A program made the position numbers and the translations under genes. From the NCBI GenBank assembly GCA_963674965.2, contig CAXXFL010000006.1, positions 640,001 to 704,000 of the forward strand: a stretch of DNA of 64,000 bases. The letters run 5' to 3'. The notes beneath the pieces are model-generated. The model was not told the DNA's origin. It did not search any database and was given only the letters and a program-made list of their open reading frames with translations. Shown here one piece after another: positions 10,492 to 20,076 of the stretch (position 1 is its first letter; each line of letters starts with the position of its first letter). This DNA is from a bacterium. GTDB lineage: Bacteria; RBG-13-61-14; DATKZS01.

Positions 10492-12123
10492 ATGAAAAAA
10501 AGTCCGATGTATTCAATTATTTTCGTTATTATTTGCTCGCTATTTTCTATGCCCTCGATTGCCGGCCTCTGCGAGGACGAGGTGCAGACCAGTGAGGGCC
10601 GGGTCGTGGGCCTCGCCTCCGACGCGGCGGCGGCGTGCGCATGGAAAGGAATAAATTACGCGGCCGCGCCGGTTGGAGAGTTGCGGTTCCGTCCGGCCCA
10701 GGCCCCGGAGCCTCGCGATGAGACGTACCAGGCCTACGATTACGGCATGGCCTGCCCCCAGGTGGAGGGCATAACCTCGGGCGGCCACGCCAAGGGGTTT
10801 TCCGAGGACTGCCTGAACCTCAATATCTGGCGTCCCGAGAAGTCGGGCCAGTTCCCGGTCATGTTCTGGATTCACGGCGGCGGCTTCATGCAGGGCACGG
10901 GAAGCTACCAGATGTACGACGGCTCGCGCCTGGCCGCCGAGCGTGACGTGGTGGTGGTGACCATCAACTACCGGCTCGGCCATCTGGGCTGGCTGGCCCT
11001 GCCCGAACTCAAGGCCGAGGACCCGAATGGAGGCGTGGGCAACTACGGACTGACCGACCAGACGCGCGCGCTCGAGTGGGTTAGGCAAAACATCGGGGGC
11101 TTCGGCGGCGACCCGGACAACGTGACGGTCTTCGGCCAGTCGGCCGGGGGCATCAGCATATGCGCGCTGTTAGTAAGTCCACCCGCGAAGGGGCTCTTTG
11201 ACAAGGCCATCGTCATGTCGGGTCCCTGCGACATGATGCTTTCCGAGGAGGAGGCCTACAAGCGCGGGCAAAAGGCCGCGGCCGAGATGGGCTGCGAGGG
11301 TGAGGACCTTATCGAGTGCCTGCGCTCGAGGCCCTTCGAGGAATTCCTCTCGTCCGAGGCGCCCAACCTGCTCATGGAGGGCGGGCCCATCTATTCTCCC
11401 AATTTGGACGGCTACTATATTCCCGACTGGCCGCTAAAGCTGATGGCCGAGGGGAAGTACAGTAAAGTACCGGTAATGGAGGGCTCGACCAAGGAAGAGC
11501 TGAAGATATATACCATTACCAAGTTCGGGCTGGGCACGCTCAGCGAGAAACGGGTGACCAAAATGACCCGCGACCTGGCCGGTCCCTACTCGGACAAGAT
11601 ACTCTCGCTCTACGATTATGACGATTACCGCCGGCCCTTCGACTTGTTCATCGGCTTCGCCACCGACGCGGTGTTCACCTCCCGGGCCTACATGATGGCC
11701 GAGGCGATGGGCGGCCAGAGTGACCTTTACCTTTACCGGTTCGACTGGAACGAGACCCGCATGCCCCACAAGCTGGGGGCCTTCCACGCCCTCGACGTTC
11801 CGCTGGTCTTCAAGGCCCTGGACATGGACATGCCCCTGGCCAAGGTCATCGCCGGAAGAGGGGCCGTGCGGCGCGGGACCCCCCTCTCGGAGCAGATGAT
11901 GAGCTACTACGCCAACTTCGCCCGAACGGGAAACCCCAACGGCGAGGACCTGCCCGAATGGCCGGCCTACGATCGCGCGGCAAAACCCAGGCTCCACCTC
12001 GATACTCCCATCCACCTCGAGAAGATCGGCCCGGAAGAACTGGAGCGTTACGACTACTTCGCCGAGAACGCGCTATACGACATCACCAAGGGGATGCGGG
12101 AGGCCAACAAAAAGCCGTTCTGA
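10492..12123 (+). CDS. Secreted type-B carboxylesterase/lipase (pNB-esterase/cholinesterase fold)
   Basis: Signal peptide MKKSPMYSIIFVII after GGGAGG; SEDCLNLNIW, oxyanion motif HGGGF, nucleophile GQSAGG and catalytic His in GAFHALD. Confidence 0.93.
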   Translation: MKKSPMYSIIFVIICSLFSMPSIAGLCEDEVQTSEGRVVGLASDAAAACAWKGINYAAAPVGELRFRPAQAPEPRDETYQAYDYGMACPQVEGITSGGHAKGFSEDCLNLNIWRPEKSGQFPVMFWIHGGGFMQGTGSYQMYDGSRLAAERDVVVVTINYRLGHLGWLALPELKAEDPNGGVGNYGLTDQTRALEWVRQNIGGFGGDPDNVTVFGQSAGGISICALLVSPPAKGLFDKAIVMSGPCDMMLSEEEAYKRGQKAAAEMGCEGEDLIECLRSRPFEEFLSSEAPNLLMEGGPIYSPNLDGYYIPDWPLKLMAEGKYSKVPVMEGSTKEELKIYTITKFGLGTLSEKRVTKMTRDLAGPYSDKILSLYDYDDYRRPFDLFIGFATDAVFTSRAYMMAEAMGGQSDLYLYRFDWNETRMPHKLGAFHALDVPLVFKALDMDMPLAKVIAGRGAVRRGTPLSEQMMSYYANFARTGNPNGEDLPEWPAYDRAAKPRLHLDTPIHLEKIGPEELERYDYFAENALYDITKGMREANKKPF

Positions 12124-12331
12124 GGGCCGGCGTTGCGGGCTTGTCCCGGCAGTGGGACATGTAAAGCGCTTGCGTGGACCGCGGAGTTTCCGAGGCCGCG
12201 GGAAGCGTCCGCCAGAGCAATGTTTCCCGTTCCCCGGATGGGAATTATCGCGCCGCGCTTCCAGCGCTCGATCCGATTTCTTCTCTCATACTCTGAATTT
12301 AGGCCGCGGCCAGCGGGCGCAGGATTCCCCA

Positions 12332-12421
12332 GCCCCAAAGGGGCGTCCGTCTAAAGCCCAGGGTGACAACCCTGGGGTAATAAGTATATAATATATCGCT
12401 ATAGCCCCACAGGGGCGGCGC
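12332..12421. repeat. Left REP-like hairpin array flanking the Y1 transposase
   Basis: Three hairpins: GCCCCAAAGGGGC, CCCAGGGTGACAACCCTGGG and GCCCCACAGGGGC. The array is an imperfect inverted copy of 12878-12966. Confidence 0.8.
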
Positions 12422-12433
12422 AAAGGAAACAAT

Positions 12434-12876
12434 ATGGCCCAGTCCCTTACGCATAACGTCATTCATCTCGTCTTCAGCACCAAAGAAAGATACCCTTTTA
12501 TATCTAAAGACGTAAGAGAGGGCCTTAACGCCTATATCGTGGGCGTTATAAAAAGAACGAATGCCATTCAATTATTACGGGGTCCGTGGAAGACCATGTC
12601 CACGTCCTTTTCATCCTTTCCAAGAACCGGGCCTTGAAGGACGTGGTCAGAGAGATAAAAGCAGGCTCTTCAAGATGGATAAGAGAGAAAATCTAGAAGT
12701 TCAATTGGCAGGGAGGTTATAGCGCTTTCTCAGTTAGCCAGTCCAACGTGGAGGCGGTGAAAAATTACATACGGAACCAGGAGCAGCATCATAAAACCAT
12801 TTCCTTCAAGGAGGAATTAAAAAAACTTCTCGCCAAACACCGCGTCGAGTTCGATGAGAATTATCTGTGGGATTGA
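12434..12876 (+). pseudogene. tnpA: IS200/IS605-type (Y1 HUH, RAYT-like) transposase pseudogene
   Basis: Starts MAQSLTHNVIHLVFSTKER and frameshifts near 12550-12560. It continues as EDHVHVL (HUH)...EIKAGSSRW, an in-frame TAG at 12694-12696, FNWQGGYSAFSVS, YIRNQEQHH (catalytic Tyr) and ends FDENYLWD*. Confidence 0.9.
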
Positions 12877-12877
12877 A

Positions 12878-12966
12878 GCGCCGCCCTTACAGGGCCGGTG
12901 GGATTATTATTGATTATCCATCCCAGGGCTTCGCCCTGGGCTATAGACCTTGCGCCCTTGCAGGGC
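12878..12966. repeat. Right REP-like hairpin array flanking the Y1 transposase
   Basis: Hairpins GCCCTTACAGGGC, CCCAGGGCTTCGCCCTGGG and GCCCTTGCAGGGC; the reverse complement aligns with the left array. Confidence 0.8.
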
Positions 12967-13003
12967 GTAAAGAATATCTTGCCATCTTCCCGAGGGGCCG
13001 TCC

Positions 13004-13810
13004 TTATTTTTTCTTCTTCCTGGCTTTTCTGGATTTCTTCTGTTGTTTGCGCTTGTTCTTTCTGGCCTTCTCGGCGTTTTGCCGTGGTCTTTTCGCGTGG
13101 CCGGACGGATTGAAGAACATGCCCATGTCGCCGCCGCTTTTCTTTTTAGGAGGAACGTCGGAAAGACCCATATTGAAAAGTACCGCGTCCAACTCTCCGC
13201 AGACGCCGGGAAAAACGTGGCCCGCCTCGTAGGCTTCCTTGATAAGTTGCTCCGCCTCGACGGCCTCGAGGTCCATCAAATACCAAACGAGGTGGCCGTT
13301 AAACTCGGGGTCGTTTTGCTCGTGCATGGAAAGGCGCCTTATGAAAATATCCTTTATTTTCGGGACGGTCTCGGGGTAGCGTTGGGTAAACCGCATTAAA
13401 ATCTCACCGGCCGAAAGCCTTGTAGAGAAGTTCGGGGCGTCGGTCATGAAGAATTCCATCGTGGGCTGAAGAGCGCCTTTTCCTATCAAGGTGAAGACCC
13501 GGGGAAAATCATCGCTCGCGTACTCGTCCATAATCTCGTCGAGGGGCGCTAAAAGCTCGAGAAGCGGCGCGATCGCCTCCTCGGCTTTCAGGACCGCGAG
13601 AGTTCTCCAGGCGTGGACGGGAGCCCAGACGGCGTCATCCTCGGGGTCTCCCTGGTGAAGCTCCATGTCCTGGGCCATGCGGATAAGCTCGGGAACGTGC
13701 TCCGAGGTGAAGCCGAAATCCAGGTATTCATACCAGTCGTCCATGTCCCCGGCGTCTCCAAAGGTCAACAACCTCGCGACGGGTTCTATATAATTGGAAC
13801 TTGACACCAT
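13004..13810 (-). CDS. DUF1186-like alpha-helical (HEAT-like) protein with Lys/Arg-rich C-terminal tail
   Basis: 'VWAPVHAWRTLAVLKAEEAIAPLL', 'LMDLEAVEAEQLIKEAY' and tail KARKNKRKQQKKSRKARKKKK. Confidence 0.65.
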   Translation of the reverse strand: MVSSSNYIEPVARLLTFGDAGDMDDWYEYLDFGFTSEHVPELIRMAQDMELHQGDPEDDAVWAPVHAWRTLAVLKAEEAIAPLLELLAPLDEIMDEYASDDFPRVFTLIGKGALQPTMEFFMTDAPNFSTRLSAGEILMRFTQRYPETVPKIKDIFIRRLSMHEQNDPEFNGHLVWYLMDLEAVEAEQLIKEAYEAGHVFPGVCGELDAVLFNMGLSDVPPKKKSGGDMGMFFNPSGHAKRPRQNAEKARKNKRKQQKKSRKARKKKK

Positions 13811-13967
13811 GCCTCCTTTGTTATCCGACGCGCGTCGAATAATTCCAGACCCAGAATTTTATCCGGTTTTCGGCAAAAATGAAACCGAGTCATGGCCCGC
13901 GACCTTTCCTCGAGGACGGGGACAACCAACCTCGTCTCGCGGTCCGAAATTATCCTCTCGTCCCGAA

Positions 13968-13996
13968 TTGACGTTTGTTTATAGTTGCATTACTAT
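13968..13996 (+). promoter_or_regulatory. Sigma70-type promoter
   Basis: TTGACG-17 nt-TACTAT, followed by AAGGAGG and ATG 14018. Confidence 0.7.
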
Positions 13997-14017
13997 CCGC
14001 TGGAAAGGAGGCGCGTT

Positions 14018-14602
14018 ATGAAAGGAAAAGAGAAAAAGTTCGAGAAGACACTCCCCGTGGAGGAGGCCTGTTCATTGGTGGCGACCCTGGCCTCTGGCCT
14101 CAGGGGCGAGGCGGCCGGGCAATTGGAGGGACTCGAGATCGACCTTAAGGACTTCACCAGCCTTAAGATGAGCCTGGAGAGAAAAAACGACCTTATCGCC
14201 ATCAAGCTTAAAGTGAAAACCGCCCAGGCGAAGGAGAAAAGCCATCGAGCCAAAAACGCTTCCCCGAAAGAGGAAAAATCGAAGGAGATCGGGGACAACT
14301 CCGACGGCAACGGCCTTCCCGATTACAAGAAGCTCAAGAAGCGCATGAAGAAGTCCTTCAAGGCCCTATCCTCAAGCGCCAGGGAAGGCTCCCTCCCGGA
14401 CGAGAAGGTGCTCGGCGCCTTTATCGAGGACTCGGGCATCATGGTCCAGTACCCCGACAAGGGCGAGGAATTCTACGAGGAGTACAAATCCTCCGTCACC
14501 GAGTTGGACCAGGCCTTCAAACAAAGCGACCTAATAAAATTCCAGGCGGCCGTGGACGCCCTCAACAAGATACAAAAGAAAAGCCACGAGAAGTACAAGT
14601 GA
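14018..14602 (+). CDS. GAK-system XXXCH-domain-like protein (CH motif reads SH)
   Basis: YKKLKKRMKKSFK...LP...FIEDS..MVQYPDKGEEFY...VDALNKIQKKSHEKYK resembles XXXCH-domain proteins of sulfate reducers (recognised from memory). Confidence 0.65.
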   Translation: MKGKEKKFEKTLPVEEACSLVATLASGLRGEAAGQLEGLEIDLKDFTSLKMSLERKNDLIAIKLKVKTAQAKEKSHRAKNASPKEEKSKEIGDNSDGNGLPDYKKLKKRMKKSFKALSSSAREGSLPDEKVLGAFIEDSGIMVQYPDKGEEFYEEYKSSVTELDQAFKQSDLIKFQAAVDALNKIQKKSHEKYK

Positions 14603-14618
14603 TTCAGATATCGATCAA

Positions 14619-16421
14619 TTAATATAATGCTCCCCCATGTCGGCGGATAAGGTCGGCGGTCTGGTCTTTTTCAAGGTCCGGGACCATCTTGAGTGGAGTA
14701 TTAAGTTCATTATCTCCGGCGTTGACTTTTGCTCCACTGGATATAAGAAAAGCGGCAAGGTCCGTATCATCGATTAACGCCGCGTAATGCAGGGGAGTCT
14801 CTCCGCGTTTGTCCTTGGCGTTTACGTCGGCCCCTTTGGCGATTAATGCCTTGGCCGCTTCCACGTCCCCTTGCAAAGAGGCAACATGCAGAGGAGTCAA
14901 CCCACCATCATCGGCCGCGTTTACCCTGGCTCCTCTCTTGATGAGCATGGCCATTATTTCATGGCCGTTGGAGCCGCGCGCTTTGTGTAATGGCGTCTGG
15001 CCTCTATTGTTTTGCGCGTTCACGTCCGAGCCCCGTGATATGAGGAAATCAACCAATTCCGCGTTCCCAAAGTAAGCGGCCATATGGAGTAAAGTGTTTC
15101 CCGAGAGGTCTCGCGTCTTGATTCTTTTTGGAGAGCGCTCAATAAACTTCTTGACTTTGTTTGCCCTCCCCTTCGCAATTTCCGAAAAAACGCCGCCGCC
15201 GGCTCCAGCCGATTCAATAAGTTCAATTATATCATCGGCATAAGCGTCCGCCGCGATATCCATGGCGTCACTTCCATTATCGTTCTTGGCTTTAATATCC
15301 GCCCCATGTTCAATGAGGATTCTAACCACTTCTTTTCGACCCTCAAAATTGGTCAGATGGAAAGTGAATGACCGATGAATATAGATAAGGGGCGTGTCTC
15401 CATCATTATTTCTCGCGTTGATATCAGCCCCCGCTCTCAGAATGAGTTCCACCGCCGTCGGATGGCCCTCATTGGATGCCAGGTGTAATGGCCTGTTCCC
15501 ATCATTATCTTGAGCTTCGATTTCAGCGCCATTTCCTATTAATATTCTGACCACCTCGATATGCCCAAACATGGCGGCAATATGAAGTGGAGTCTCCCCT
15601 AATTCATTCTTTACGTCCAAATCGATATTATTGTTAATTAGAATTTTCGCGACGCGCGGCGCGTTACCCCATGCACACGCGTGCAGCGCGGTATTGCCCT
15701 TATTATCCTTGCGGTTAACGTCAGCTCCATGAGACAATAAATATCTCAATGATTCTAAATATCCATTATACGCCGCAATACCGAGAGCCGACGCCGCGTT
15801 TTCGCCATGAGGATTAACGCGGGCTCCATTGTCAATAAGGAACTTCATTATTGCCACGTGATTGTTTAGTACCGCCAGCGTCAAAGCTGTATGACCTCCT
15901 TTATCCGTCGCGTCGAGAAAAGCATCATTGTTTAGCAAGACTTTTACCGTGTCCAAATGCCCCATTTCGGACGCCAATTGCAGTGCCGTTTGACCAGTAT
16001 CGTTTTTCGCGTCAACCTCAGCCCCGTTTTCCAAAAGGAATCTGACTATGTCCGTCTGACCCGACCGCGCCGCTACTCCCAGCAAATTATTGCCGCTTTT
16101 ACAATCACCCTCATCCTTGAAGTTAATGAGTTCGGGGTGGTCTTTGGTAAGTTCTTTTGCAAGAGATGAATCTCCATCCTCGGCGGCTTGAATCATCATT
16201 TCCCCAAATCGTGAAAATTGTGATTTTGCGGCTTCTTGCAAGTAATCGGGCTTTGATTTATCCCTTCCCGTCAGCCGAGAAGCTCGATCACCTTTTTTTT
16301 CGGCGGCTTTTTCTTCAGGACCTTGAATTTTGCAGGATGAAGTCGCGATTAATGAAGAAGCCATTAGGAACATCGCGAAAAGGACTTTCATATTTGCCCC
16401 AATAATTGCTCTTTGGTCCAT
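14619..16421 (-). CDS. Ankyrin-repeat protein (~16 repeats), probable exported lipoprotein
   Basis: Repeated G.TPLH.A...G...V..LI..GA.VNA.D units and a hydrophobic N-terminus ending IATSSC. Start is uncertain (16421 or 16391). Visibly more AT-rich than its flanks. Confidence 0.9.
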   Translation of the reverse strand: MDQRAIIGANMKVLFAMFLMASSLIATSSCKIQGPEEKAAEKKGDRASRLTGRDKSKPDYLQEAAKSQFSRFGEMMIQAAEDGDSSLAKELTKDHPELINFKDEGDCKSGNNLLGVAARSGQTDIVRFLLENGAEVDAKNDTGQTALQLASEMGHLDTVKVLLNNDAFLDATDKGGHTALTLAVLNNHVAIMKFLIDNGARVNPHGENAASALGIAAYNGYLESLRYLLSHGADVNRKDNKGNTALHACAWGNAPRVAKILINNNIDLDVKNELGETPLHIAAMFGHIEVVRILIGNGAEIEAQDNDGNRPLHLASNEGHPTAVELILRAGADINARNNDGDTPLIYIHRSFTFHLTNFEGRKEVVRILIEHGADIKAKNDNGSDAMDIAADAYADDIIELIESAGAGGGVFSEIAKGRANKVKKFIERSPKRIKTRDLSGNTLLHMAAYFGNAELVDFLISRGSDVNAQNNRGQTPLHKARGSNGHEIMAMLIKRGARVNAADDGGLTPLHVASLQGDVEAAKALIAKGADVNAKDKRGETPLHYAALIDDTDLAAFLISSGAKVNAGDNELNTPLKMVPDLEKDQTADLIRRHGGALY

Positions 16422-16583
16422 CGTCAATGCTTTTCTCTCCATGAGATATAAAAAGTATCGACTAATACAAATGAAAAATGAATAAGCCATCCTACCCATC
16501 AACCGGAAATTCTAATTGTGAGTTCATATAGCCGTTAATTGTTCCAAGCTTACTGGATAACGAGAGGCAAACATATCGGCGAT

Positions 16584-18557
16584 TTATTCCTTCACCGCAA
16601 ACCCCATTCGCCTCAGGACGGTTGCGCCCTGGGGGACGAGGGTGACTTGGCGGGCTTTGCCGCGGGCGTTTACCATCTCCCCCTCCAGGGCGACGGGAGG
16701 GTCGCGCCAGGGCAAGGCGCGTTCCTCGGGCGCCACGCGGGTGAACTCGAACTCGGCCTGATGGGGGACGCGGTATTCCCAGCCGGCTTGGTCGGTACAG
16801 GTGATGACCTTGTCGTAAAAACCGGAATCGCCATGCTCCCGGCCGTTTTCGACCTCGATAGGAAAGCGGAGCCCGTAGAGGAGAGGGCCGCGCTGGAAGC
16901 AGACGCCTTTCCTCCTTCCCTTCCATGAAACGAGGATGGGGACCTTGAGGACCTCGAGTTCCATCTTCAACCGCACCCGCTCGCCGGGGGACCAGGGTCG
17001 TTCAAGCTCGATAAAGCCGTCCCTCTCGGCGGTCCGCGTTCCCGGCGGGGTATCCAGCTTGAGTTCCCGGGCGAAGGCCGGCTTCCTGAGGAAGAGGGAG
17101 AACCGGGCGGCCTTTTCCGGCTCGATCTCGAAGAGTATCTCATCGGAGAAGGGGTAGGAGGTTTCCTCCTTGATCCTTACCTGTATTCCGTTAATTATCG
17201 TCTCCAGGACGCACGGCCCGTACATGCAGGCGGCCACTCCCTCGTCCTTCCACTTCATCCACATGCCCTCGACGTAATAAGGCATGAGCCTGCCCGCGTT
17301 GAGGGTGCAGCAGGCGGCGGCCGAGTGGGAGGGGCTGTATATCTGCCTTCCCAAATGGCCGTGGGGATTGATCTGCTCGCGGTTGTCGGACGTGAGGTAC
17401 GAACACGAGTCGAGCAGGGGGAACCTCGCCCCCTGGCCCCCGTTGAAGGTCATCTTCTCGACCAGGTCGAAGGCCTCGAGGGAATGGCCGTACTGCGCCA
17501 CCCTGTTCATGCCGATGGCCAGCTCGGTAATGCAGCAGTACTCGTAAAAGGAGTCGGCCGCTCCCGGCCTCCCGTTCACGTTCTCCGAGCTGACGAGGCA
17601 TCCGCTGGGGGTGAGGTGGCGGCGGAGCTTTCTGATGGCGTTATTCGCCGCGACCAGGAATTCCTCCTTGCCCGTCTCGCCGCCCAGGAAAAAGGGGACC
17701 ATGAAGTGCTCGCAAACGTGCGGCCCGTGGAGCATGAACCTGGTCCGGGCCTTGCGCAGCTTGCGAAGGGACATATCGTCGTTAAAGCGGCAATGGTCGA
17801 AATCCCGGTAGAGGAACTCGGCGTAGTTAAGGAAGTCCTCGTCCCGCGTCTTTCGATGCATCCACTCGAGTACGTCGCAAAAAGCCAGCCCGTGACTGAG
17901 GCCCCCGCTGTGGGTGGTGGGCCCGGCCGACTTGAAATATCCGCGGCCGGACGGATACTTGGACATGGTGAGACGGACGGCCCTGTCCACCGCCTCGAGG
18001 ACGTCCTTGTCCCCCGTGTACTCGTGATAGGCGAGCATGGCCACGAACAGGCGGCTCTGGGTCCAGAGTTCCCCATTCTCCCGCTTGTGGTTATAGCGGT
18101 TGTCGGGCGGGTAAATCCCGATGTATCCGTCGGGCGACTGGTACTCGAGGACCCGCTCCATCCATCCCCGGACCGTGTCCATATATTCCTTTTGCCGCGT
18201 CAGGAAAGCGGCCCGGGTGACGGCGTCCTTCCAGTAGCCCTCGTGCTCGCCGCTCCACCATGGCTTTTTGCCGGCGACGAAGAACTGGTCGCTCGATCTT
18301 TCCTTGTTGGCCCCGAACAGGTCCCGGTCAACGGTGTCGTTGATCTCGTCGTAATGCCCGGTAATGCCGTGGATGAGGTCGTTCTCGAGCTGCTCCCGAA
18401 TCCACCCGCCCGGGATGACCGACCCGGCGGGAGGTATTCTCAGTTCTCCGTCAAGGGCGGGGTGCGATTTTTTGCCCAACGCCGACCCGGCCGGCAGTGA
18501 GGCTACGGCCGCCGCGGTCAAGGTCCGGCCGAAACGGCGCCTGTCCATTTTTTCCAT
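16584..18557 (-). CDS. Tat-exported GH127/GH146-like beta-L-arabinofuranosidase-family hydrolase
   Basis: Twin-Arg signal DRRRFGRTL...; QSPDGYIG, YEYCC and ACCTLN (Zn/Cys nucleophile motifs); beta-domains EETSYPFSD and RGPLLY. GGAGGT RBS. Confidence 0.85.
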   Translation of the reverse strand: MEKMDRRRFGRTLTAAAVASLPAGSALGKKSHPALDGELRIPPAGSVIPGGWIREQLENDLIHGITGHYDEINDTVDRDLFGANKERSSDQFFVAGKKPWWSGEHEGYWKDAVTRAAFLTRQKEYMDTVRGWMERVLEYQSPDGYIGIYPPDNRYNHKRENGELWTQSRLFVAMLAYHEYTGDKDVLEAVDRAVRLTMSKYPSGRGYFKSAGPTTHSGGLSHGLAFCDVLEWMHRKTRDEDFLNYAEFLYRDFDHCRFNDDMSLRKLRKARTRFMLHGPHVCEHFMVPFFLGGETGKEEFLVAANNAIRKLRRHLTPSGCLVSSENVNGRPGAADSFYEYCCITELAIGMNRVAQYGHSLEAFDLVEKMTFNGGQGARFPLLDSCSYLTSDNREQINPHGHLGRQIYSPSHSAAACCTLNAGRLMPYYVEGMWMKWKDEGVAACMYGPCVLETIINGIQVRIKEETSYPFSDEILFEIEPEKAARFSLFLRKPAFARELKLDTPPGTRTAERDGFIELERPWSPGERVRLKMELEVLKVPILVSWKGRRKGVCFQRGPLLYGLRFPIEVENGREHGDSGFYDKVITCTDQAGWEYRVPHQAEFEFTRVAPEERALPWRDPPVALEGEMVNARGKARQVTLVPQGATVLRRMGFAVKE

Positions 18558-18822
18558 CCAACACCTCCGGCTACAGTTTACCGGATATTGTAGCACGCGA
18601 GGAGTGCTTTTTCGGGGCGGACCCGCGACAACCGCCTTTCACCGCGAAAACGCCGCCGGCCGCGACGACAAGTTCCGCTACTTCCGGATCAACCCGCCCA
18701 GGTAGTACTATTCCTTGCCCCTGGATTCTCCGTTTTCCCAAAAACCCAGTATGAGTGCTCCCGCGAGGTCATCTTCGAAGCTTTGGTTTTCAAGCCTTCC
18801 AAGCTAAGATAATTTCGAGACG

Positions 18823-20076
18823 ATGGGACCACCAGGCAAATCCGGCCGCCTTCGCGAGGCGATCAAGGGCAACGTTCTAGCTCTCGGTCTCGTCAGTTTT
18901 TTCACCGACGTCTCGAGCGAGATGATCTACCCTCTCCTTCCCGTTTTCATGACCGGCCTGGTCTCCGCGTCCGCGGCCGCGATATACGTGGGCCTGATGG
19001 ACGGCGTGGCGGAGAGCGCCTCGAGTCTTCTCAAGATTTTCTCGGGCGGTCTGAGCGACCGCATGGGCAAGAGGAAGCCCCTGATAACGGCGGGATATTT
19101 AGTATCCGCGATCAGCCGCCCGCTTATGGCGCTTGCCGCGGCCGGGTGGCAGGTCATCGCCCTCCGGTTCATGGACCGCCTGGGCAAGGGCACGCGGACC
19201 TCGGCCAGGGACGCCCTTATAGCCGAGTGCACAAAGGAGGATTGCCGCGGCGTGGCCTTCAGCTTTCACCGCATGATGGACCACGCCGGCGCGGTGACGG
19301 GTCCTATCGCGGCGGCGGCTGTTCTGTACGCTTTTCTCGGTTACGGCTTGTGGCGCGGGCGCTCCTCGGCGGCTAGCGCGGAAGAGATGGAGGCCATGCG
19401 TATTCTCTTCGCATTGGCCCTCATTCCCGGCGCGGCGGCCATGGCGGCCATATTCTTGATGGTCAAGGAGACCGGGGGGGAAGAAGCCCCAGATGATGAT
19501 TCTCTCGAGGTCTTGGAGGCATCCTCGGCGAAGCCTTCTCGACGGTTTTATCATTACCTCCTGGCCGTGACCGTTTTCACCCTTGGCAACAGCTCGGACC
19601 TTTTTCTGGTGTTTCTCGGCCGAACGCGCTTCGACCTGGGCCTTGGCCAGACGCTTTTTCTCTGGCTCGGGCTTCACGTCTCTAAAATCATCTTCAGCCT
19701 GCCGGGCGGAAGGCTGGCCGACGACCGCGGACGAAAAACCGCCATCCTGGCGGGCTGGTCGATCTACGCCGCCGTTTACGCCGGGCTGGCTTTTTCCTCC
19801 AGCCTTTTCTCCTTCCTTGTCCTTGTCTTTATTTACGGGGCCTATTACGGAATGACCGAGGGCGCCGAGCGGGCCTTCGTGGCCGACCTGGTTCCCAGAA
19901 AACAACTGGGAAAAGCCTACGGACTCTACCACGGGGCCGTCGGCATAGCCGCCTTGCCCGCCAGCCTCGTGTTCGGACTTTTCTGGGCCAGCCTTGGCCC
20001 GACCGCGGCCTTCTCCATAGGAGCGGCCCTGGCCCTGGCCGCCTTTATTATCCTTGCCGCTTTAAGGCGGGCTTGA
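18823..20076 (+). CDS. MFS transporter
   Basis: LGLVSFFTDVSSEMIYPLLP, GLSDRMGKRK, RFMDRLGKGTRT, GRLADDRGRK; 12 TM segments. Confidence 0.92.
   Translation: MGPPGKSGRLREAIKGNVLALGLVSFFTDVSSEMIYPLLPVFMTGLVSASAAAIYVGLMDGVAESASSLLKIFSGGLSDRMGKRKPLITAGYLVSAISRPLMALAAAGWQVIALRFMDRLGKGTRTSARDALIAECTKEDCRGVAFSFHRMMDHAGAVTGPIAAAAVLYAFLGYGLWRGRSSAASAEEMEAMRILFALALIPGAAAMAAIFLMVKETGGEEAPDDDSLEVLEASSAKPSRRFYHYLLAVTVFTLGNSSDLFLVFLGRTRFDLGLGQTLFLWLGLHVSKIIFSLPGGRLADDRGRKTAILAGWSIYAAVYAGLAFSSSLFSFLVLVFIYGAYYGMTEGAERAFVADLVPRKQLGKAYGLYHGAVGIAALPASLVFGLFWASLGPTAAFSIGAALALAAFIILAALRRA

Noticed and set aside
12332-12966. CRISPR-like array or TnpB/IscB system
   Set aside because: Only two inverted arrays with no repeat-spacer periodicity, and no tnpB, iscB or cas ORF adjacent.
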